From contig JBHGNT010000002.1 in NCBI GenBank assembly GCA_043228905.1, forward strand, positions 22,940,001-23,004,000: DNA of 64,000 bases. Direction: 5' to 3'. Positions 1 to 13,099 of the stretch are shown piece by piece (position 1 is the first letter of the stretch; each line of letters opens with the position of its first letter). The position numbers and the translations under genes were made by a program. Source of the DNA: Azolla caroliniana. Its lineage: Eukaryota; Plantae; Polypodiophyta. The notes under the pieces are model-generated. The model did not search any database, had not been told where the DNA came from, and saw nothing but the letters and a program-made list of their open reading frames with translations.

Positions 1-106
1 ACCCTGTTTTGAAGACAACTTTGTGAGCTTCAAGCACTAAAGTCTTTTTTGTACTGTTTTTATTGGGGTGAAGTGAAGGTATAACATTATAGTGTTTCCA
101 TCAAAA

Positions 107-490
107 GCTTACACTCTAAAGTGCAAGAAAATGCATGTTGTATGAGAGGAGGCCACACTTACCAATTTCATTACAAAAGCAAGTTGACATTTGTTTTTAT
201 AATGTGGGAACCTAAAATAATGTGTGACATCACATACTTTAACATTTAGGCTTATGACATGGTTGCTAAATTTATGGTTTCAATGTGTTTCCATTGATAT
301 CAAGCAATAATCGGCTTACACTGTAAAGTGCAAGAAAATACATGATGTATGACAGGAGGTCACACTTACCAACTTCATAACAAAAGCAAGATGACATTTG
401 TTTGATCAAGTGGGAACCTAACATTATGTGGGACATTACATATTTTTACATTTAGGTTTATAGAATGGTCACTAAATTTATGCTTATCAA
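107..490. repeat. Diverged tandem duplication, ~207 bp unit x2
   Basis: GCTTACACTCTAAAGTGCAAGAAAATGCATG... at 107 recurs as GCTTACACTGTAAAGTGCAAGAAAATACATG... at 314, colinear over ~180 bp. Confidence 0.85.
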
Positions 491-3400
491 ACTTTTTCTT
501 GGTGTCCATAAGGCTATTTTAGGAAGGATGTTTGAGTGACAATTCATATTGTAAAATGATGCGCAATTGGTTTTGATGCCATATTAACTTCCAGAACATG
601 GTGTTCACTTGTCCTTGTGGATGTCCATATTCGTATCACAATTGACAAATTGTTTTCTAACTTGAGTCATTAAGATCCCCAAAATCATATGCCTAAGTGG
701 TAAATCATAATTACACTAAAGGTTCATTTGTTATTAATGGTGATGCATGTAGCATGGTAGACGCTCCTTGGATGGGCACAACATATTAGGTTCAATGATG
801 ATTCAATGACGAAATATTGAGATCAGTCATGACTAATCAAACAATAGATTTTCAAATTCTTTACTAATGAGATTGATTTCCTTTCAATGCTTAAAGTGAT
901 GGGAAATTATGACAAAACGTCATAAAGTGCATAATATGTTGATTGAAATTCTATGCAAATATGTCATAGTTTGTTTCATTTATAAATGTTTCCACTCACA
1001 AACATAAAAGAATCCATCCAACATTTTTCCAACATGAGGTAGTGATTTTTCCATATTATAAGAAACAAAAATTGTAAGTGGCCCTAAAAAAGAATGTAAG
1101 GTCATAGGACAAAGTTGTGATCATCACCAAAAGATATTTGTTAGCTTTCTAAAAACATGAAGATATAGCGCTTCGAATAAGACAAAAAATGTAGGTCGGC
1201 AAATGGGAGAAATATGACAATTGGCATCATCTTGGAAGCATTTAAAACTAAAATGATATGGGACAAGATGCAAGAATTTGGAATATGAATGGTTACATTG
1301 ACACGGAAATACTTCTAGCAACAGAATAGGGCATGAAAATGGGCTATGCAACATTTTTTAATTTGAAAATGATATAGAAAATTTGTGCATTTTTATGTTA
1401 TTTGATCATGGAAAACACTATTATGTACATGGAATCTCAAAGCTGAAACATGCATGGTACATACATATATGCGTATGTATGCAATTTTGTAGTGTGGCTT
1501 TTATCCTAACATGAAATGCATAGAAATGTCGGAGAAATCGAGGAACTCTTAACTTTGTGGTTCTAAAGTTTCTCAAATGCCAATTCAAGAACATGTTGAG
1601 AATTGGGAAAGCTAACTTGTAGAGAAGGTCAACTTGGTGGTGGTAGAAAAAGGCTACAAGGTCATACAAATTGCTTATGAGGTTAAAAAGGACACGCAAT
1701 GTTATCTTATAGTAGATTGAAGGGTTTGGAATGTGAATAGAAAAAGTCACTATATACTTGTAAGAAAATGTTTATCTCCTTTTCATATGAGTTGGATGAT
1801 TCGCTTGTTTCAAAACAATGTCGAAAGTTCCTATGACAACATGAGGTGATGACATGTAAAAATAAATCTTGTGTGCATTATATATAGTATTAAGGGTGTA
1901 AAAGTTTGGTATTGCAGTTTAAAGTCTGTAATGCAATGAATTCATTAGATATGTAAAAATATAAACTAGGTAGAGCATCAGCTTCCTAATTAAAAAAATA
2001 CTCGAAAAAGTGAGGTGTGGAAGGACTTTTCAATCTATCATAATGGAGAGAAGCACATCAATGTTTTGACGCTAAAATGTGCTATACCCACCTTTCAACT
2101 TTCTTGACTCCTTTTTGTCGTGCGCACCTCAAAAAGATACAAATCAATAAGTACCACCAACATGCTATAAGTACCTGTAAGATTTATATCGCACAATATA
2201 TTTTGGTACTGAATCCTAGAGCAAATTTATAGGGGGGATAAAATGTAAGAGAACCAATGGTGAAAGTTTTGATTTGAGATTATGTTGTTTTGTTTAGGAG
2301 CATAAGTAATGAGTGTATATGTTGCCGTGTCTTTACATGTGAATGCACACATAGAGCACTTGTAGTGTGGTTGGGAAAGTGTTACAACTCTCCAATTTCC
2401 AAGAGTAGAATTTGTATTTAAAGGGCGAAACGATTTTGCAAGGTCTAGTATTCAGATTAATTTATTGTCATGGTTGTGGGAAAGGAGAGAATTTAAGAGA
2501 CATTAGAAGCAACTAAGCAGGAAAAAGGGTTGGGAACTGGCCAATTGTGTTAAATGTCAATGATGCCAAAGGAAATGCCATTGGGAAGCATGAAGAATGG
2601 CCCGATGGAGATAGTGAGGCAACCCTTTAGAATTAGTAGATAAGCGTAAACAAGTCTCAAGGCCACTCTTAATTGGGCCCACCCCACTTTCATAACTCAA
2701 TACCCCTTTCTCGAGGTTTCTATTGCTATTAATGTAGAAACACATAACCCATATGTGAGAATCACATCACCCTCAAAATGAAGAAAGCATGATAATAAAG
2801 TTTGATGGTGAGATATGCAATGAGAGTGCAAAGGCAAGGTTGGGCGATTTGTGAACTATGTAATTTGGAGAGCACTTAGTGATGATTAGGGTGTTGCTCG
2901 TACAACCCACCTTTAAGGGATACTTCTTGGCATATGACACAATGAGAATTAGTGTTTTGTCAGACATGATTTAACATTATGCAAGAGTGTGAATAAGAGT
3001 ATATTCACAAAGGTATCTCACTCGAGAAGCCTTTGTTTTTGTTTACGTGTTAGAGATATACTTGGAGAGAATCGTGTAGACATTGTGGTAGTTGGCTTGT
3101 TTATGTCTAGTGCCAATGTGGAATATGCATTATTAGGAACCAACTTCAAACTAATGCTATGTTCTCGTTAGCTCCAACCCAAGGGATAGAACAATCCTCT
3201 ACTTTTATGGGCTGCGTTAATGTGGACAAATATATGCTATAAAAATCTATAATATTTCAACCCTCTCGATGCATCTTATTAAATTGCCACGTTGTTTGAT
3301 AAACCAACAAACACTAAGTTGGGGATATACTCGTCACCGACATGTTTTGAAGTTGCTATGCCAAAATATTGTCATTGGCAACATTAATCAATGACAAAAT

Positions 3401-4080
3401 GCATTCGAGGAAAATAGAAGGGAATATTATTACCTATGTTGTTAAAGAAAAGAAAAAACAATCTTTTAAAAAGACTCTTAAAAAGAGGATGAAAAAAGGT
3501 CTACAAACAGCGTTTAAAGTCATTGCATGGATCTCTAGAGGAGAAAGCAAGATATATCAATGTCTTTTAAGAGGCCAAAATGGCATATGAGAATAGACCC
3601 CGTGAATAGTTATTAAAATAATTGTATGGACATCTGAACAAGAAAGTGAGATATATTAGTGTCTTTTAGGAGATCAAAATGACATATGAGTCCGAATGAG
3701 AAATTAAACCTTAAAATCTTCCGTGCGATATAGGAAACTAGAAAATATTATTCTCTAACCAAGAAATTAGAAATTTTGCTATCTTTCACCAAGGAAGATG
3801 ACAACACAGCCTAGTGACACCTCCCTACACACAAGTCCTAAAAGGAGAGGTCAATAATAATAATAAGATCTTTCTTCCATGAACAATAGATAGAATCGTT
3901 AGGATTCAAAAGTATTAAAGTTGTTAGCTTCTAAAGAATCTTGAACATGAAGTCTAATTGCAAGAGATAGGTGAAATGCATAGTCATGAGAAGCATCAAA
4001 GTATGGAAAGTATGACATTAAAATAACTTTGTTGCCTATTTGTATGCATTTATTATGTACCATGAGACAATAGGTTCCAA

Positions 4081-4430
4081 TATGGTAGGTCCTTCATTCT
4101 AATCACGAAGGTTCGCATTTATGTACGGCATTCTCTCCTTGGATCAAGACTAATATTGTCTATCTATCCACTTTATTAGAAGTTAACCAAGGTCTCGCAT
4201 TCCCTATTAGCATGAACAACCTACGTGTTTTATTGGTAAAATTGTGGCAATATGGTAGGTCCATTCTAAACACCAAGGTTCATAATTACGTACCTCATTC
4301 TCTCTTGGATCACGACTAATACTTTCTATCTGTCCACCTAATTTGAAGATGTTAACCAAAGAACATTTGTCATTCTCTATTAGCATTAGCAACATGTGTG
4401 TTTTATTGGTAGAATCGTGGCATAGTAGGT
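4081..4430. repeat. Diverged tandem duplication, ~170 bp unit x2
   Basis: TATGGTAGGTCC...CATTCTCTC(C)TTGGATCA...GTTAACCAA...TGTTTTATTGGTA at 4081 and again at 4251. Confidence 0.8.
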
Positions 4431-6031
4431 CTCACATCATATTCTGCACTTTTCAAGTGTGCAAATATTCACTATTAACACCTTTAAGATAGAATTTACC
4501 AATTGAAACAGTGGTTCTTTAAAAGGGGCCGATGACCGATTTCTTTTTTCACATGATTCTAGGCTAGAACTTATTAGATATATTGCTTAACCTTGTTTGG
4601 TGGCCTTTTATATATTGCTTGAAAGCTATGGCAATAATTGAATGTGTATTAGCAAACATAACATCATTTCAATGTTCAACAAAGCGGAAGTGTTACCAAA
4701 TAAAGAGCCATGTATTTTGAATTGTATTAGACATACTCACACATACTTCTAAATTAGTAATTGTGATTTTTTTGCCATAAGGACCTTTGAAAACATGTGA
4801 AAATGCATGGGCAAGCATGTGAAGGGTGATCATGACAATGGGCTCATGAATGCATTAGCAAAACTAGAGAGAAACCAATGAATTTCTAAATCAAAACATT
4901 CATTGCGAGATTTAGTGAGGGAATCGAACACATGATCTTATGGCTATTCGCTTTAATGATTTTGAGTTAATAAGGCCTTATCATATTATGTTGAAGACTT
5001 ATGGTGAGTGAGGGGGGGACAAAAAGACCACCATGGCTATCAATAATGATCACATATCTCTCGAACATGACAAATTGTATTTGATGTTTGGGAGTTGATA
5101 TAAATATCTTTTGGTCTACAAGCCGTACTTGTATCAATGTGCATTTAAAAAGGTTTATATTATTGAGCCTACTATCTCAACCAAGAATGCTCTCACTCTC
5201 GTGCAAATTGCATTTGCACACTCCGCCCTAATAATGAGATCGAGGAAAAGGTGTAACCGATGCTACGGTGTAATGCGAAGCATTCATGACCTTCTTGACA
5301 CAAATGCTCCCGCCAAGCTCCCACCGTGTCTTACTAGTACCAAGCACCAACCTCTTAGGCACAACATCTCCAAAGTTGGGTAAACTAGGCAGTGCCTCCT
5401 AGGTACATATTTGTGCTCCCTATTTTACACTAGTGACATTCAAAGAACACATGAGCAAAGTCATTTTCTTTTATCACAACTGAAATTTGTGAATTAAGCT
5501 TCTAACTCTCTCGATTAGTAAATATCCTACTTTTTCATTTGAACGTGTAATCGACAAATGAACCTTCAAATTCAGCTGAGCAAAGTACCTTCCCCTGATT
5601 TTTAATTTTAAGGAATTTATTGATCTAAACAAAACATGTTTGTTGAATCATTATGGCTAATGATGGTACATAAAGATGTGCTAAAATCTTAAATTTTGCT
5701 TGTAATTAGGCACACTTCACATATATTCAATACAAATATTGAAAGACGTCACTCTACATTATTTATATATGTAAGTTGCTAACGAATTCCGACATAAGAT
5801 CCCAATCAATAAATCGAAAAATGAGCTTTAAAAAACAGTGAGCCAGGACTAGCCAATAGATTTTATATGTAAGAGACATGCAAAGACACGCGCCACACAA
5901 TCGCAACACTAGACGCTACGTTGTTTCGATGACATCCATATGTTGCCTATCTTGTGTAGTAGTAGCACAAGCGGTTCCAACTTCATATACATATACATAT
6001 GCATATACATGTGTATGGAATGACATTGGAG

Positions 6032-6637
6032 TCATGGGTCGAGAGTGTAGCTCTTCTGGCACGTATACGCCATGATTCCTTTGGCATTGAGGGAGACATT
6101 GACATCACACTTGGAGACGACATTGGAGTGACGCGTGAAGAGATTGAGTGTAGTGACCTTACCCATGATGGTCACGGTAGTGGTCACCTCCAAGATCCCG
6201 TCTTGGACATCCCCGACAAGGTTTGGGCCTCGGAGTGGTGCGGAGCCCTGGACGGTCAATGGGATGGACACGGTGGAGAACGATTGCGCGGGGATGCTCC
6301 CGGTCGGGACGGGTGTGAAACCAACCTGGGAACCATAGTAGTAGAGGCACGAGACGCCACCGTCCTCCACGATGAAGGTCCCTCGGTTGGGGTTGTACAT
6401 GGAGACTTGCAAGTTAAGTGTTAGGTTCACACTTGTGGTGGCGGCCGGATAGCCCGAGGGGTAAAGCGAGAGCAATTGCATAGTGGGCACTTGGATCTTC
6501 GGGTCCTTGGGCTGGAAGACCGCAAAATAGAGGATCGCGAGGAGGATTAGGATACCGACGAGTAACGCGGTGCACGCGAGACATGCTACTTGCTTCTTCT
6601 TCTTCTTGTCACCATCTCCTTTGCCTCCTTTCCCCAT
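6032..6637 (-). CDS. LEA_2 / NDR1-HIN1-like (NHL) single-pass membrane protein, 201 aa, intronless CDS
   Basis: Basic N-terminus, hydrophobic TM (CLACTALLVGILILLAILYFAVF), QPKDP motif, 'NLTLNLQVSMYNPN' and 'YYGSQVG' LEA_2 motifs, terminal 'CDVNV'; GC-rich island in AT-rich DNA. Confidence 0.9.
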   Translation of the reverse strand: MGKGGKGDGDKKKKKQVACLACTALLVGILILLAILYFAVFQPKDPKIQVPTMQLLSLYPSGYPAATTSVNLTLNLQVSMYNPNRGTFIVEDGGVSCLYYYGSQVGFTPVPTGSIPAQSFSTVSIPLTVQGSAPLRGPNLVGDVQDGILEVTTTVTIMGKVTTLNLFTRHSNVVSKCDVNVSLNAKGIMAYTCQKSYTLDP

Positions 6638-6654
6638 ATGTGTATATTATATAT

Positions 6655-6855
6655 GTATGTATATGTATATGTATAATTTACCTTGGCTGTCCACATGAAA
6701 TAAAATAAAGAGAAGACAAACTTATAGTAATTAGAACCACATCATTGAACAGATCTAACTAATCTCAACATTTGTATTGATTAAACCCATTGGACATTAT
6801 AAAACTATAATGAAATCAAATTGTTTTTTTGTCTTGCCTCCTTTCTTTCCCCGAA

Positions 6856-6890
<35 letters not shown>

Positions 6891-7056
6891 TGTATGTATG
6901 TATGTATAATTACCTTGGCTATCACATGAAATAAAATAGGAAAAACAAACTTATGGTGATTAGAACCAGATCATTGGACAGATCTAATCTGAGTTTTTGT
7001 AATGATTAACCCATTGGACTTTATAAGGCTGTAAAGAGAAAGCAATCTTGTTTTTT
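6655..7056. repeat. Tandem duplication (~235 bp period) immediately upstream of the LEA_2 start codon
   Basis: TATAATT(T)ACCTTGGCT..CACATGAAATAAAATA...AAACTTAT.GT.ATTAGAACCA.ATCATTG.ACAGATCTAA...CCCATTGGAC at ~6670 and ~6905, each preceded by a (TATG)n tract. Confidence 0.8.
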
Positions 7057-7778
7057 GAGAAAACACCCCAATTTGTTTCTTTGATAATTTTAATGGATAG
7101 AGGTCTCACTACTACTACCACTTCTAGTATATCTGGGAATTTATGAGAAACAAATTGCCCAAATGGATAGATCTATCTCTATCTATCTACTTATCCAGGT
7201 CTATCAGTCCTTTTCAATCTATTCTAATCAGAACTCAAGAGTATTTTTTTATTCATGTTAATTGTCCTGGCTAAATATGTACAACAAATTTTGATTAACA
7301 CAACCAAAGAATAAATTTCAATTACAGCATAGACTTCATTAATTACCCAAGTGGATTGATGAATGCATTGAAAGATAGATCTAGTGCATGTGTGTATGCA
7401 TAAATAGGGTATATCTTAACTAGTATTTGTTTGAGTACTAAAAACATTGGCTAGGGAGAGGAGCCATGGGAAATTGGAAAACCCATTTATTCCCCACAGG
7501 TCTGTGTAATATATTGTACATAATTGAAGACAATGGGAAATCAGAGAACCCCCATGAATTTCCACCACAGATCCACTATATGAATGTTTTAACCATTGGT
7601 TCCTCATATATAAAATTTGGCAGTTCACTTACAATCTCTGTGAGTCTTTGATGGGCGAATAGAGAAGTCCTTTCTTTTCTGCTATTAGTGAGGTTGTTGA
7701 TAAAGGGGGGGGAGGGGGGGGGGAGAAAGAAAACTCAACTAATTCTTTAGAGATGGTTAAGCTATGAGCTATGAGCTA

Positions 7779-7995
7779 TATATATATATATATATACACA
7801 CACACAGGTAGGTTTAGCAGCTGAATTATTTGTTTTGAGCTATATAGAATAATGGATTTAGTTGTGATAGGACACACTCCCAAACGTGAAGGCTTCTTAA
7901 GAGAGAGAGAGAGAGAGTGTGTGTGTGTGGGTGAGTGAGTGAGAGTGAGATTTGAGCTTAGAACCTTGTGTTTATAGCCTAAACAATGACACTAA

Positions 7996-8045
<50 letters not shown>

Positions 8046-8142
8046 GAGAGAGAGAGAGGGGAAAAAAAGAGACAAAGGGAAAGAATGGCCATTGACAAGG
8101 GGAAATAGTGTGGGGGTAGAGAGAGAGAGAGAGAGAGAGAGA
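7779..8142. repeat. Cluster of (TA)n, (CA)n, (GA)n microsatellites in the probable LEA_2 promoter/5'UTR
   Basis: Direct reading: TA/CA at 7779, GA/GT at 7900, (CA)n at 7998-8041, (GA)n at 8043 and 8118. Confidence 0.85.
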
Positions 8143-9999
8143 GTAATGGCCACCAGTGACCGATAAGATCTAATGGGATGGGGCCGGATGCATGCTGGCG
8201 AAGTTTGTACTTTGGGCTCTGTCTCAATTTTTAGATGACTTTGATGCCTTTTTGACGGTTTCTAGCTAGATTCGCCTAAAGTTGGTTCCATGGGAGGCTC
8301 TATGGAAGGTCTTGAGCTTGGAAGTTCTGATGGTGACTAAAGAAGTGCGTACAAAGTGAGACTTGAGCCTTGCTGTGGACATCGGTTAGTAAAAACATGG
8401 CTTACCACTAAGATCATATCTTATTATGCCTTACCACTTGGTTTACTATTAGTAAAAAACTTGGCTTACCACCAAACTAGCATACCTAAGGCTTACTACT
8501 TGGTTTACTATTTTAAAGTGGTGACACTCTTTATTTAGTTTTTCAAGTTTACTTAGTGATAGAGAGCTGTAGATGATTTGAAAAATACATATGGTAAGTG
8601 CCCACCTTGGTATTTCCATAATAAATGAAACCGAGATCCGGAATATAATACACGACATCACAATACCCCTCTCCTCAAAGAAACTTTACAAGCATATACA
8701 TTACCACTTTAAAAGTGGCTGATTTTTGTAATGCGAGTGGAAAGGGGCCAGGCTATTTCGATAATTTTGGAAAACATGAAAACGTATTGTGGTAAAATGT
8801 CAAGCATAGTAGGAGCATTCTGGTGCTTCTTTACCTTCTCTTTTTCTAAAATGTTAATATGTCTCCTATTAATACTTTTTACTTGTGTTTTTGTTTTATT
8901 CATTTTTTTGTGGCGGTGGTTTGTATTTTTATATTTGATTGGAATTGGAATCAGTCTCCCACTAAGTTTTGTGGCACACACACACACTCGACCATTGATT
9001 CTTAACATTCCATCTTTTCCATTCTATTGATACAGAAATGGAGAAGAGATAGGATGAGCTACATGAATCTTGCCAATGCCCCCAACATAATAAAAAATGC
9101 ATGCATTGTCTATCATCTTATTACAGTCATGCACATTATCAACTTTTGAACACATTGATCTCAATAGACTTATGTCCATTCACATGATCTTGAGCTTCTC
9201 ATCATGGACTTGTTACCTAGACATTCATGCCAATACAATGCCACTGACATATTGGAGTTGCGCTTACAATGATCACATTTTATTTGTTAATGTGCTAGGT
9301 TCATTAGCACCTAAACTTCTAGCTGTATTGTTGTCTACAAAATGCTCAATTCTTACAATGGTGAGTGAGGCTCATAGCCATCATCTAGTTGATAATGTGC
9401 TAAGATCGAGAACATTTAAATTTATAAGCGCATCGGCGTTCTAAAAGAATGTTTGGCTTGTATTATATGAACTCACACTATTCTCATGTGTGTGTACATG
9501 TGTGCAACAATTTCATGGGCACCTCAATTACCATACACATTGGAATTGTGGAATAATGTTGAACTCATATAACAATGAGCTTATTGTGTATACATATTTG
9601 TGTCCATGTGCCATAGACAACTAAAATTTTGAATACATTGAAGTTGGTAGAATTGTGATCTCAAACAATCTAGTCTATGTATATGGCAATTCGTATAATG
9701 ATGAGCTCATAATAGTTGAGTGTGTGTTAAATGGTTTATTTCTACAACTCGCATGCACAAGGGAAAGAGGACTGATTATTTTGTACTAAGTTCAAAGTTA
9801 ATTGAATGCACATGGTTGCATGGACCAATCAATAACAAAACACACTTCTTTTGTAGCATACAACTTGTGTTGGACAAGTTGAGGAGATTAAACCCTTAGC
9901 TTGATCAAGTCAAACCATCAATTATATTAGATATACCTCTTGCTCCATATTCTACATCAAGGTAACTACAAAGTCTTTCCTTTGTGTGGTGTGAGCATT

Positions 10000-10052
<53 letters not shown>

Positions 10053-10136
10053 AAAAGCACACAATTACATTAATTGTATGTAAAATCCACTTAGTTACAA
10101 CACTTCTTAGTCTCCTCTACCTATCATATGCATATG

Positions 10137-11030
10137 CATAGATTGAGCCATGCGTGATATTCTTGAGATTCGACATCCGTAATATTCGTGGTATTCGAGA
10201 ATAGAAAATGGCCCTAAGAATATTATAAAACCATTCGTTTACATATACATATACACACATACATACATACACATACATATATACACACATACACAAACAT
10301 ATATATACATATACACACACATACATAGATACATATATACACATACATAGATACATATACACACACATACATAGATACATATACACACACATACATATAT
10401 GTGTACACAGACATACATCAATAATTAATTAACTCATTAATATAATGATTAATTTACTATTAACTAATTAATTCACTTAAACATTAATTGATTCACTAAT
10501 ACATTAATTAATTTACAAATACATATCTTAATTCATTAACACATTAATTAATTCATTGGAAAATATTAGTTAATTAATTAATAATCAATTAATGCATTAA
10601 TAATTAATTAATTAGGGCTTTGGCAAAACTGAGGGTTTCAGTGAAACTCTGAATTTGTAGCGGACAACAGGATGTAGGATTAGGTAGACCATGAGAGGGA
10701 GTCGATGACGCAGGCCGAAAAGAAGAAATTTTGTCGAAATTAGGATTATGACAGAAATTAGGGTTTTCTGTCGAAACCCTAATTTCTGGCCGAGAACAGG
10801 ATATAGAGGGAAGCGAGGGTGTAAGTAGCACGCAGAGGGAGTAGGGTGAGGCGTCTTTGCTTCCTGTTGGCCACTGTTCACTCGCTCGTAAATAAAACAC
10901 AATTTTATTTATTTATTTATTTATTTATTTTCAAAAAAAAGAAGAAAACGAATATATTTACGTGTATTCGTATTCCTATTCGTATGGATTCGTGGGGCAG
11001 GCCCCACGAATGCGAATATTTCAATCTATG
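10137..11030. mobile_element. Non-autonomous hAT-type DNA transposon (MITE-like), 894 bp
   Basis: 10-bp TIRs CATAGATTGA...TCAATCTATG; exact 8-bp TSD TGCATATG at 10129-10136 and 11031-11038; subterminal TATTCG repeats at both ends; no transposase ORF. Confidence 0.85.
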
Positions 11031-11049
11031 TGCATATGTAGGGAGAGGG

Positions 11050-11895
11050 ATGTCCTGTAATGATATTAAAAAACCTCAATATGCATTTGAGGAAATGATC
11101 CCCACATGCTTTAACATCCAAAAATTCCACATGAGAATACCTTTCAGCTTCTTTATATAGGCTTTCACCCCATGTCTATTATCAAACATGAAAGCATTAC
11201 ACATATTCCAATTGTGTTGTAGACCCCAATACTGTAAAAATTGGAACAATATCTCCATCGCATAATTTGAACCATTTTGAACATATTGAGAAAAAAACCA
11301 TTGTTGAGGTCTCAAACAACAACAGGTTAAAACTTGCCAAATGTCTGATAAGCATTTCCAAATGGTACACGCTATAGGACATTTAATGAACCTATGTTTA
11401 CTATCCTCCAATGGAATGGTGCAAAAGAAACGAGTGCCAAACCCTAGTCATCGTCTCTTTAAGGCCGAACCTAATGGGAGTCCACCTATCATGACTCTCC
11501 ATATGAATACCTTTGCTCGAAATGGTAGATGGGAATCCCAACCACGTTGTAATATTTTCCACCACCTTGCATCTGCCTTATATACATTCCACAACTTCAC
11601 TACTTTAGGAGATAGTCAAGATAATGATGCCATCACATGATGATACAATATATTTGTAGTGACCTATAACAAGCGTGCACCATATTGTAATCGCCAATCC
11701 ACCCAAGGTGTAGAATTTGTTTTCAATGGCAAAGATCCTTGCAACAATAATATATCTTGTAATTTCTCCCAAATAAATCCATAATTTGGGGAATACATAA
11801 CCATCGCTTGACATCTTCAAAATCCGACAACCTTTGAGATTCATTATCAACCACATCTTCCAAATGTACAATCCCCAATCGAAATAAATGTATAA
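11050..11895 (-). mobile_element. Decayed L1-type LINE fragment (zf-RVT region of ORF2)
   Basis: ORF 11076-11411: 'EDSKHRFIKCPIACTIWK...WGLQHNWNMCNAFMFD' resembles the plant LINE C-terminal zinc finger and 'W.IW..RN..IF' motif; frameshifted. Confidence 0.7.
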
Positions 11896-12744
11896 TCTCT
11901 CTCTCTCTCGCTCTCTCTCTGTATGTATGTATGCATGCATGTATTTGTATGCAAGAAGACCATATTCATTTATAGAGTTTGACAAGAAATTCCATGAATG
12001 AGATGGTTGAGGAGATTCAACAAATAAACAAAGAAGCTCAAAATATTCTAACACTAGAATGAAATAGGGAAACTTTCGAGCAAGTTATTAATTCATATCT
12101 AGAGAGATTCTTTTCCATGAAGCATGAATTTCAAATCCACCAATAATCTTAGCTCAAAGTAAAAATGATAGATAAGGAACACCAAAGAAGCCCAAAAGTA
12201 CTTGATAAGTTTAGACACAACCAGAGATTAGGAAAATCATCAAAAGTATCCAAATGCATACACAATCAAGTTTCATTCTAGCGCTAGCACGGACTAACTC
12301 TAGTCGTATGCTCAACATATGCACCTCCAACGTTGTTTTTGACTATTTTGTTGACGATCAATTAGTGAATCAATGTGTACGACATGAGAATCTACCAAAC
12401 AATTCAAGCCAAATACAAAGAAACATTCATTTTTATACCATAACCTATCTCTACACCGATTTTTCTCTCTGTCACATTATAACTTCTTCTTGTCCTCTGT
12501 CTCTCTCTCTCTCACACACACACACCCACATATTGTGTGCTAGAGAAGTACATGCCAATCATGAGCTTGAGAGTAAGGTCTCACCTCTTAGGCAAAGGAG
12601 TGTCCTTATAAAAAAGTGCACGAGTCTCGTGAATATTTACTCTGCTTAATCTAGAGGGACTTTATGTCATAGGCATCTCGAATAAGCTTATGTTATAGCG
12701 TTGTGGTCAAAATAGTGGATATCAAGAAGAGATCTTAGCCTCAC

Positions 12745-13060
12745 ATAGCTACAAAATTGGTTTGTAAGGTTTGCCTATAACATACTCCTAGTTTCTAGGA
12801 CAACTTGTTTCCCAACTATCCTACCCTTAACCCACTAAAATTAATTGTAGAATTAGTCCATAAGATTATGCATAAAGCATACTCCCCATTTCCAAATATT
12901 ATGTAGCTATCGAGTTGGTCCATAAGGTTATGCCTATAATATACACTCTATTTCCAAATATTACGTAGCTACAAATTTGGTCCATAAGGTTTGCCTATAA
13001 TATACTCTTAGTTTACAAATCTTATGTAGCTATGGAATTGGTCTGTAAAGTTATGCCTAT
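12745..13060. repeat. Minisatellite, ~61-62 bp unit, ~5 diverged copies
   Basis: ATGTAGCTATCGAGTTGGTCCATAAGGTTATGCCTATAATATACACTCTATTTCCAAATATT-like units starting at 12901, 12963, 13024, with weaker copies upstream. Confidence 0.85.
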
Positions 13061-13099
13061 TACAATTGATAGTGTTAGGATGATAGACAATTAAGTTAG

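Noticed and set aside
500-3200. Possible old TE relics (PPT-like tracts at ~2230 and ~2480, short ORFs)
   Set aside because: No paired LTRs, TSDs or convincing protein motifs
5878-6424. Plus-strand ORFs overlapping the LEA_2 gene
   Set aside because: Antisense shadow frames of a GC-rich CDS with no recognisable motifs
10117-10421. VCVYMY-type ORFs (also 7979-8227, 17297-17601, 26646-26891)
   Set aside because: Translations of microsatellites
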